A DNA stretch of 21,436 nt, from assembly GCF_000143415.4 (NCBI RefSeq), contig NW_003314283.1:1207890-1229325 (forward strand), given 5' to 3'. This document shows positions 1-9,256 of the stretch, piece by piece (position 1 is the stretch's first letter; each line of letters begins with the position of its first letter). The position numbers were made by a program, and so were the translations under genes. The notes beneath the pieces are model-generated. The model ran no database searches. It was not told where the DNA came from and was given only the letters and a program-made list of their open reading frames with translations. This DNA is from Selaginella moellendorffii (taxonomy: Eukaryota > Plantae > Lycopodiophyta).

Positions 1-399
1 AGTCAAAAGTACTTAATAGACTTCTAGTTTGTCTATATCTCAAATTCAGATCTAAAATATTATCATTTAGTCAAAAGTACTTTATATCTTTTAGCTTGTA
101 AGATGTGATTAGAATATGATGATAATATAAATGATTTAGTACCTGATATAAGCAAACAAAGCTTCACTTATATGAGTATCATATTGGACATCTCTAAACC
201 ATGTCATGTCTTGCATAAGAGGAAATTCTCCTAAATCTCCTGAAAATGGTAAATTTCTGTGAGTTCTTTGTCTTTTTTTATCACGTTCTAATTTCTTCCT
301 TGAATACTAATGTAAATACTTCTTGCAAATAAATAAGCTTATAAAAGCTCGTTTACCCTTACCTATAAGCTATAACCTTGTATCATCCTCAAGAAAATA

Positions 400-2100
400 A
401 CATTTCATAACCTTGACTAAGTGTAATAGTAAATATACTTGAGTAGTCATTGCACCTATAAGTAGCTCAGCTTCTTAAGAGATATGTAGTAATTATAACT
501 TTCTGCTTCATTGTTGGGATGAGATTTTCTTTTTTAGTGTGGGACATAACAAACTTCTTGTTAAAAGCTTAAAAATGTAATACTATAATATTAAATTTTC
601 TAAGTCAAAGTATTAATATGTCCATTAGTACTATAGGTAGTATATCCTACATAATTTAAAGTTTTTGAATGATATTAACAAAGTACATATTAATCTTAAA
701 ATATGTAGATAATCATGGCTCTTCATGCCATAAAACTTACCTTTATCTCCAACCACATTGGAGTATACAGTTTCATAACTAATAGGAATTTTAAAGTTTC
801 AAATCCTTTCATCAAGTATAATTTTTTATTCACACCCTCTTTGTTTAAATTAGAAAAAAATATAAAGTTAGTTCTTACCCTCTTTTTTAAAAATTTACCT
901 CACCATGATAATATAGATGTAGTTTAATCTTTGTATGAAAATTAATTCTTAAATTTTGCTCTTTGTCCTTTTAGTCCCTTTTTCTAGTGAGAAAATTGTA
1001 AATTATCTGAACAACATTTTTAAAAATATGAATTTAGTCACAATTAATGTTTCCAATAGATTGAAACATAAAACCCAACTAATATCAACCTGCTCAATTC
1101 CCAAAGCTTTCACAACTTCCACCCAAAAACTTTCTGTGATTTTAGTAGGTGGAATTTCATTCTCTTCAAATCCATTAAATAGCTTATAATCATCATCTTA
1201 TAAACTCAAAAAATATTAAACTATAAAAGTTTTACTTATGTTTTATACTCCCTTCTATATGGATTATTAAGGTCATCCAAGAATTTTCTGTGGTCAAGTT
1301 ACACGTGCTTTTTGGGTTTCATAAACAATCCCCTATATAAACTGATGCCCATAGTCAAGGCAAAAATAATTTCACTTAAAGTTGATAAATCTATAAAAGT
1401 ACAATATTGGAAAGTCACGTATAGTCCACAGAAGTATTAATTGTCCTTTGGCTAACTCATATCAACACAAGACACACTATTCCACAATATTTTAAAATCT
1501 AGAATCAAGTGAAAGAAAATATTAGGTCTTTTTTTTGAAATAAATAAAGAGTAAAACATGAATTAAAAATACCTGAAAGTATTGTTGCCATAAAAAATAA
1601 TACCCCTCCTCAACTGCCTATAAAACCAACTTTGATACTCCTTATTATGATAATCTATAATACTTTCATGAATTTTATTAGATACACACCATCTGCAACA
1701 AATGATAAGAACCTATTATCTATCCAACTTATCACAAGCTTTGCAATTTCCTTACTGTTATACCCTTAAATTGATAGGAAAATAAAAAATGACTTTTTAG
1801 GGCACCTCAAAAGTAACATCTTGCTTGTATTGTAACTTATTATACTCAAGACACCTTAACTTGTTACAATTGTCACTTCGGAACAAAATGCAATTGTTAA
1901 CACATGTATATTTTGTTGCACTTCAATATATTACCTTTTTTCCATTTTCTTGTAAGGTGGTGGAAATTTTGTTTTCATTTGATATTATTTTATGAAGCAT
2001 CTACAAAATAAACTTAGAATAATTTATAAATATTTACAAATCTTATAATAACCTCAATTTGATTCTTGAATATATAGAAGTGTTAATAAAGAACAAATCA
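400..2100 (-). mobile_element. Decayed CACTA (En/Spm) Tnp2-type transposase remnant
   Basis: Manual minus-strand translation gives Tnp2 motifs in the expected order, with stops and frameshifts: TCVNNCILFR..C (~1910-1850, cf. HACPNDCILY), VADG (~1695), LLWTIRDFP (~1435-1410, cf. LLWTINDFP), DHRKFL..NPYR (~1295-1255), FYGMKSHDYLHIL (~736-698, cf. GLKSHDCH), MTTQVYLLLHLV (~452-417). No TIR found; boundaries approximate. Confidence 0.85.
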
Positions 2101-2942
2101 CTGATATCTTTACTTCTCAAACTATAAAAATATTTTTAAAACTGAAAAGTAATGTAAAATAAACTTGAGTAAATTTACTTCATTAGCATGCAACCATGAA
2201 TGAAAATAGTCATGAACCTCATTAAGCTTAGATTATCTTGTTTTTCCAAGATGTTTTATTATTGTGGCTCTTTTTGCATATGAATATGTGAACTTGGTCC
2301 AAAAATTAAAAAAACATAAAAAGGTATAAACTTTAAAGGGGCATTTTGATATAACTTATATATTCGACAATTGTGGTATACCATCGTCTTCACATTTGCT
2401 TCACTTTAAGCGAGTAGTAACCTGCTAGTTTCCAGCAAGAGCCACAAGATAATTCTTTGTTGCATGGGTTATAAGATCCCATAAGGAGGATTGAGAGTGA
2501 CGGCAATGAAAAGTGGTGTTGAGGAGACTCTTCACAAGCTTTTTTGTTCCCTTAGCTACTGCTATTGTCTCCTTAGTCACACATTCCAGGATTCACTGTT
2601 GGTTAGCCATTGATGCTATGAATCTAGGTGAAGAGGAAAAAGATTTAAAATTTTGCAAGAAAGAATGGATTTTAGATTACCTTTTACCCAAAAGCATCTA
2701 GTGTACAAGGAGTTATGTTGAGGCCAGGGAAGTGGCTTCTTCCTTGAATGTTGGTAGCTAGCAAAGATGCTCCCTTTCTTGGTGAAATTGGAGAGATTGG
2801 AACCACAAAGAAACCTATGAGAGATAGTATTGATTGCTTGGCTTGACTACAATAAAACCTAAAATGTGAAGTTGAAGCATAGTTAAAGCATAGGATGTAT
2901 GTAGAAGTGAAGGGAGGAAATAAAAGAGAAGGTTCTTGGATC

Positions 2943-3323
2943 ACCTCTGCCAGTCAAGTGCAAATGCTCTTCCTGTTTGGCGACTCAATCTTCGACACCA
3001 GCAACAACAACTTCCTGCCTGGCTTGCTGGCGGTGGCCAACGTCATGCCTTACAGGACGACGTCCTTTGGAGTGCCAACAGGAAGGTTTAGTGATGGCAG
3101 GCTGATAGCAGACTTCATCGCCGAGTTCCTGGGACTACCATACATTCCACCCTTCATGTAGCCGGGGGTGAGCTTCATCCACGGTGCAAACTTTGCGTTG
3201 GCTAGCAGCAGCCTGCTCAATGCCACCGACACACCGCTCGGGGTCCTCTCGCTCTACGCACAGATGGACCAGTTCCAGTACCTCTCGACCGTCATGCGGC
3301 AGCAAAATGGCGACTGCCACGAG
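2943..3323 (+). pseudogene. GDSL esterase/lipase N-terminal fragment (pseudogene)
   Basis: Reads LFLFGDSIFD..NNN ... [39 protein letters not shown]. In-frame TAG at 3159-3161. No signal peptide and no C-terminal half. Sharp GC-rich island in AT-rich DNA. Confidence 0.92.
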
Positions 3324-3388
3324 TTTTAGTCTAAAGTTTAAATAAAAAAATGTAGTAATATATATGTACTTATAAGGTCTGTAAATGC

Positions 3389-3401
3389 ATATATATATAT
3401 A

Positions 3402-3432
<31 letters not shown>

Positions 3433-3444
3433 GTGTGTATGTAT
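3389..3444. repeat. Compound microsatellite (AT)n/(TATATG)n/(TG)n
   Basis: Directly visible in the sequence. Confidence 0.9.
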
Positions 3445-4170
3445 TTACCCTATTTTTAAGCAGTGGTCTAAACCCTCATTAATATACTTATTTCTGAACA
3501 CTCATATTAATAGAGCTGAAAGGCACTTCAATTCATCCCTAGAGTTTTTTTGTAATGCTTTACTTAGTGTTTGGGATTTTGTTTTTGTTCTTATTCCTTC
3601 ATTCTCTTTCATATTTAAGTTTGAGTTTGGATTTCTCTAGATCTAGAATTGTAACTATTAAATATATTCTTCCTTTTTCAATCTCCATTGCATTTTCTTC
3701 TTTCATATGCTCAAGAGTTTGGCTCTATCCCCTTATTTAATGGCTTAAGACTTTGAAACTCTAGTTTTATTCCACTGCCTTTGGCCTATATGTTTAAAGG
3801 TTAAAGTTCTATTATGTGGTTATTTTATGATAATCATTATAAAGTAGAGGGTGAAAACTATATATATTATATATTCCAATTATTTGTGTGTTGCTATTTT
3901 CAACTCCTATGGGATGTGATTACATGGCTTATTTGTTCTTGGTATCCTACCATCTTTTATTGATGTAAAGTGTAATGATTGGAGAGCTATAGATGATGTG
4001 ATATAACTTTTAGAGAATGTTTAAAGATCATGTTTATAAGAAGATAATGTGTATAAGCTTGAGTGGGTTTCTGATATTGATGAGGAATTTAATTATCAAG
4101 AACAGAGTGCTTTTGTGTTTTTGGCCATATCTGGATCTTCTCTCATTCTTGGAGCTTCTCCATCGTGCAG

Positions 4171-4483
4171 CAAGTTCCTGCCAATGACTAGAAAGATTTC
4201 TATGTGGGGACTTTCAACGGGACGATTCACATAGTTGCGGGAGGCGGCGAGCCAGTTCCCGGAGAGCAGGCCATCGTGGAGCTTGAATCAGGACTGCGAC
4301 TTTAGCTACACCAAGCTCACCTCGTTCAATCGCTCGTCGCTGCTGTTCGAGTACAAGAAGAGCCGCGATGGCGAAGTCTATGACCGGTTTTGGGTCCACA
4401 GGGAGTACAAGGACGTCCTGGGCTGCGACTCTCTCAACATGTTTTGCCCCCTGGTTGCCTCCGCCGAGAACTATCCAGCATAG
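4171..4483 (+). pseudogene. Orphan last exon of a purple acid phosphatase (PAP1/PAP24/PAP27-like nucleotide pyrophosphatase/phosphodiesterase group)
   Basis: After acceptor tgcag (4170): ...*KDFYVGTFNGTIHIVAGGG, then a frameshift to SQFPESRPSWSLNQDCDFSYTKLTSFNRSSLLFEYKKSRDGEVYDRFWVHREYKDVLGCD. This matches the recalled PAP C-terminus GTIHVVVGG..SLLFEYKKS..G.V.D.F...R.Y.DVLAC. One premature stop, one frameshift, upstream exons absent. Confidence 0.85.
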
Positions 4484-4659
4484 CGATCACGATCATCCAG
4501 TGACCATCTTCACGATCTTCCTGACTGACAACCAAATTTTTGTGTTCTGCCAATTTTTTTTTTTTTTTTTTTGAAACTGGATTTGGGTGGTGCGAGGCTA
4601 ACTTTCGTAACTGTTTGATTTTCTTTTTCCCGGGAAGAGGGGAAAAAAAGCGAAGGGCG

Positions 4660-5347
4660 ATGAGGATTGTTCCAAATCGATCCGCTGGGGAGGAGAAGCT
4701 CACCTCTCCCTCGGCCGTGACCGAGAAGTGCCTCATGAGCATGAAGAAGACGGACTTGATTCGATGGCTCCAGCAACACAAGGTGGAATTGCCTCCAAAG
4801 GTAGCGTAAATCTCTCCCTCGCTCTTGTCCTCCTCTTCTTTTTTCTAGAATCCACTCCAAGCTTTCAAATCCTTCCTCTTTCGTCAAGCAGTGAGATTCA
4901 ATCGATGTACGATCCCACATTGCCATGTCTAACTTGCAGAACCAGCTCAAGGAGTACTATCTGGGCATGGCTCTGCAAAAACACGCAGAGCTCGGAGGAG
5001 GCCACCGGCATGTCCAAGTCGCCACCAGACGCCACCCAAGCCAGCTCCCGAGAGGAAAAGGGTAAGAAGAGAAAACCTTGACACATTGTTTGCATAACGA
5101 AAGAAACTTGTAGAGAGGGAGGCCGAGGCGAAGATCCAAGTCGCCTCATCCTTCCCGGTCCTCCCACCTAAGGCGGTTGCGATCCTATCTCCCGGGGAGG
5201 CCGCTGTTGGGATTTCTAGGCGTGGGGCTCAGCAGGAGAAAGCTGCTGAGATTCATCTTTGTGGCCGCGATTGTGTTTGGTGTGCTTGGTTACGCGTACC
5301 AGGTGAGGAGATTCCAAAGGAGGAGGAAATGGTGCTGGCAAAGATGA
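4660..5347 (+). CDS. Putative 3-exon gene (4660-4800, 4940-5061, 5114/5116-5347): LEM-like/HeH domain, basic SR-rich linker and C-terminal TM helix; possibly frameshifted
   Basis: ATG at 4660; GT-AG introns 4801-4939 and 5062-5113. Spliced exon 1-2 gives MKKTDLIRWLQQHKVELPPK|NQLKEYYLGMALQKH. Exon 3 gives RGRPRRRSKSP...LLRFIFVAAIVFGVLGYAYQVRRFQRRRKWCWQR*. The frame closes only with a weak acceptor 2 nt downstream (exon start 5116) or with a 1-nt indel in exon 2. Confidence 0.6.
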
Positions 5348-5680
5348 CTATATTGTTTAATGTTCTGGCATTAAAGAAAACAAGATTGATTAGAAAAAGA
5401 TATTTTAGATCTTAATTCTTATATAAGGAGATTAGACAACATGTGTAAGCGCGGAGGACGACCAAACATAAACAAACACAGTGTATAAGACCATGTCAAA
5501 GTCATTGAAAAGTGTGGACTCCATGCAATTAAGGCAGCCAAATTTGACAGTGATATGGTCAGAGGAGAAGAGTTCTCCTCAAAATTGCCATGCAAACGTA
5601 GAGAAGACAAAAGAAAAATGTAGGCTCACTTCACTGAAATTCTCCCTTGCGTGTTGTATAGTAGCATCCCAATTGCTCAG

Positions 5681-5687
5681 TATAAAA
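5681..5687 (+). promoter_or_regulatory. TATA box of the germin-like gene
   Basis: TATAAAA 150 nt upstream of the ATG at 5831, followed by a CT/CA-rich leader. Confidence 0.6.
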
Positions 5688-5830
5688 GCCCATCCCCTCA
5701 CCACAATTTTCATTCATTCTTCCAATTTCATTCATCCATCCTCATATCATTTGATCTCGTCCCAATTGTTCCAGAGCTTATCGAGCTTGCTTTGAGAATC
5801 CTCGTTCCAGAGAGCTCGAGTTTTAGATCC

Positions 5831-6490
5831 ATGGCCATGGCGCCCGCTTCGTCAATCCTGCTTCTGAGCACCATGATCATCGCATTCTTGGCCAGCGCAG
5901 TGCTCTCCGACCCAGATCCACTCCAAGACTTTTGCGTCGCGGATCTCACCGCATCACCGGGCGTCAATGGCTTCCCATGCAGGAACGCGTCCAGCGTCAC
6001 GGTGGAGGACTTCATCTACAGAGAAATGGTGAATCCGGCCAACATCACCGCCATGAATCGCGCGGGCGCAGTGTTTGGAACCGTGCTGAGGTTCCCCGGG
6101 ATCAACACCCTTGGCCTCTCCATGGCCAGGCTCGACTTGCTACCCGAGGGGATTATCGCGCCACACACCCATCCCAGGGCCACGGAGATGGTGTACGTCG
6201 AGGAGGGGAGCGTATACGCCGCCATTGTCACCGCGGACAACCGCTTGTTTGCACAGGTGCTGACCAGAGGCGAGGTGATGGTAATTCCGCGTGGATTGAT
6301 CCACTGGCAGATGAATGTCGGCAGGAACAATGCCAAGATCATTGCTGCGCTCAACTCTCAGCTCGCGGGGACGCAATTTATAGGGAGGTCCATGTTTGGA
6401 TCGAGCCCCCAAGTGCCCGACGAGGTGCTAGAAAAGACCTTTTTTATCGACAACACTACCATCAATCAGGTCCGATCCGTCTTTGCTTGA
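5831..6490 (+). CDS. Germin-like protein (cupin), intact, intronless, 219 aa
   Basis: Signal peptide, DPDPLQDFCVAD, NGFPC, germin box 1 GIIAPHTHPRATE, box 2 GEVMVIPRGLIHWQMN. All four Mn ligands (H,H,E,H) and both Cys are present. Confidence 0.95.
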   Translation: MAMAPASSILLLSTMIIAFLASAVLSDPDPLQDFCVADLTASPGVNGFPCRNASSVTVEDFIYREMVNPANITAMNRAGAVFGTVLRFPGINTLGLSMARLDLLPEGIIAPHTHPRATEMVYVEEGSVYAAIVTADNRLFAQVLTRGEVMVIPRGLIHWQMNVGRNNAKIIAALNSQLAGTQFIGRSMFGSSPQVPDEVLEKTFFIDNTTINQVRSVFA

Positions 6491-8936
6491 TTTAATCTTC
6501 TTTGATCTTCCAAACTGAATGCACATTCAAATTCAATATTGAAAGGTTTAGTTTCTCCTTCTTAATTATTTTTTTAATCTCAAAACTATTTAAGAAGATT
6601 AGCAAGTTTTGTTATATAATTTATTTTTGTTATTTTGCTCATAAAATTCATATCCAAAAGCTTTTAATTGGTTTGAGTTTTTTCAATATTAATGTTTATT
6701 ACCCTTAAAAATTTTTTTTAAAGAGTTCCTACAAGAAATTACTTTTCTCTTTTTAATTAGAATTAAGGATATTATAGATATTTTGATATAATTTTTTATA
6801 AGTTAGAATGGTTTGAAAGGATAAATTATGTGCTATTAATTATTTTTATTATTTCTTTTAAAATTATATTGATGTGAAAAAATCATTCTAAGCCATAATA
6901 GTTTTGATCTGTTATTAATTGTAGAACACTCAAGCACAAATATGTAAACTATTAGGGAGAACAAGAAATTTCAAACCCCAGTGCATTCCATTGATCTCAG
7001 CAAGATCAAATCATCTAGCTTGGACTTGCTAAGCTTTGCAGTCAAAGAAGGTATAAAATGCTTTAATCCATGGTATGACATTTACCTCACATGGCAGTGA
7101 TTATATCTATTTGTAGCAATGTTGGCTAAAGGTGGAGGAGTGCAAGATCATTTGAGCACATCCATCAGTCAATTTGGATTTACAAACATAAACATAATTT
7201 GAATAAACATTAATTTTAAATCAGACCTTGATTATAAGGAAATTAGATTAAAGATAAAATTTAGAGATAATCTAGGAATATTTATTACAAAATAGGTGTA
7301 ATATAGATCCTTAGCACCAGTGAGTAGGATATGACAAGAACACAATGTTTGAAAGAAATTCTTTTCTTATTGCCAGTGTATATAACTAGGTAATATAGGT
7401 TCTTTTATATTATTTTTTCTATCACAGTTTTTAAAAAGATATATTACTGAGATGATACCCTAAAGCATTTTAATTTGACATTGATGTATAAAATCTATAA
7501 AAATGTTTTTTTTGGAGTTTTAAAAGTAGTAATAAAGTATGGTAATGAATGTGTAATTGCACATGGGTGCATCTTTTATTTATATATGTACAGATTTCTT
7601 TTTTTTTTTAATTGCACTTAAAATATTATGCATAAATCAGATTGATTGCTATAATAGTAATCAAAACGGTGCATTATAAAATTTGAATAGGATGTAGACA
7701 AACACTTCATGCATATATGAAACCATGTCCTTTTTGAGTGATTCAATTCAAGTTATGATCCATGAAATTTGACATATACAAAAATGTGCAAAACACAGGC
7801 AAAAGGCAACACTACCTTGATTTTCATTGCCGCACTATTGAAAGTGACAAATACCTCCTTATACTTCCCAAGAACATAGTCTATACCTCAATCATGGCCA
7901 CAACACTTTACTGCTCAAGGTTATACTGTGTTGCTGGCTCGATTGCATCAAGCACACTGCCTAGCAGTAGGATCAAACAATCTTTATCAATTTGTTGATA
8001 ATCTCTTCAAGCACTTATTGTTACTTTAGGATCCTACTCCTTTGGATCAAACCCTTGTTCTTCGTGAAGAACTTGATTGCCATGGCAATGTCAAAGCAAG
8101 TGCTCTAATGTGGCAATGGTGTCACTGAATTGGCATAGCTGGTAGTGGCCAGTGGCCAGTGCGTGGAGGTTCATGGCTAGTGCTCTTTTGGAACAATATT
8201 CGGTTTAACTACACTTCCAATCAGTGGACAAATCAAATTTAAAAAACAAAAAATAAGATGCTAATATGACAAATAAATTGATGTGGTTTAAGAATTCATA
8301 TGTATATATGAACTTGTTTTCATGGTTAATTCTATGACACTACTTCTTAGGGAATGTAAGATAATCAAGAGCATTGTCTCCAATGAAAAATAAGTGAGCA
8401 TCCAGACTTATGTTGCTTTACATTCATACGCATGTGAAATCAACATGCAACACAAAAGTTTTTTTATATTCTTAAGCATTTTAATGTATAAAATTTTATT
8501 TCCAATAGATTCTGTTGAGTAAAAATGTTGGCTGACTAAGAAAAACATAAAAAAGTAATTAAACTAACCTTTGAATACTAATTAAGCCTTTGATATGGCA
8601 GGAGTAGTTAATATGTGATTGCAGGTTTTGGGGGAGAACATGTAGCATGGCAAAAGTTTTGTTATACTGAATATGTTTAACTCATAAAATAATGTTGAAC
8701 ACACCAGTTTTTTTTAAGGTATATATATTTTTGCATGTGTTACAATTTTCTTCAATTGTAGTCTCATATTAATAACCTTAATATAAGTTATAATGCGAAC
8801 CAAGAAGAGACAAAATTAACTTTGAATTCTGCTACAAAACTATAAAGTACTAATCTCCCAAGCACCAATCCATTCCATCTCATTCATTCAATCAAAGCCT
8901 GTGTAATCAGTTCTATCCCTATTGTAGCCAAACAAT

Positions 8937-9256
8937 ATGGCTGTATCGAAAATTATATTCTTCATGTTCTTCACATTAGATCCACTCCAAGACTTTTGCA
9001 TTAGAGACCTAAGCGCCATGATCATCAATGGCTTCCCATGCAGAACTCCTCCAACACCACAAACATGGATCGCTCTGGTGCAATCTTCCTTTTGCACATC
9101 CAAGCCTCAATACCCTGCATTGCTAGGCTCGATTTCCTTTCCGAGGGGATCATCCCCTCCACACACCCATCCCAGAGCCTCAGACATGGTGTACATTAAG
9201 GAGGGGAGTGTCTATGCTGCCATTGTCACTGTGGACAACTGCTTGTTTTCTAGTGT
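8937..9256 (+). pseudogene. Germin-like paralog, frameshifted and truncated by a CACTA insertion
   Basis: DPLQDFCIRDL, INGFPCR, PPHTHPRASDMVYIKEGSVYAAIVTVDNCLFSSV, colinear with the 5831 gene, with internal deletions. Similarity stops exactly at CACTA (9257). TATAAA at 8841. Confidence 0.9.

Noticed and set aside
1-82. 14-bp direct repeat AGTCAAAAGTACTT at 1 and 69
   Set aside because: Only two copies at the window edge; may be CACTA-internal but cannot be interpreted.
2400-2940. Possible decayed coding sequence (LINE ORF1-like)
   Set aside because: Composition looks coding but I could not identify a diagnostic motif; needs TBLASTX.
4554-4572. T19 run as a retrocopy poly(A) tail
   Set aside because: Wrong orientation for the neighbouring + strand genes, which retain splice sites; no TSD found.
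5651-5830. N-terminal extension of the germin ORF (279 aa in the track)
   Set aside because: Non-ATG start upstream of the TATA box; the signal peptide begins at ATG 5831.
5728-6495. Overlapping alternative-frame and antisense ORFs (187, 112, 95, 90 aa)
   Set aside because: Expected shadows of a GC-rich CDS, with no recognisable motifs.
6950-8200. Two moderately GC-richer patches (~6960-7180, ~7780-8190) as gene fragments
   Set aside because: The frames I translated have multiple stops and no family could be recognised.
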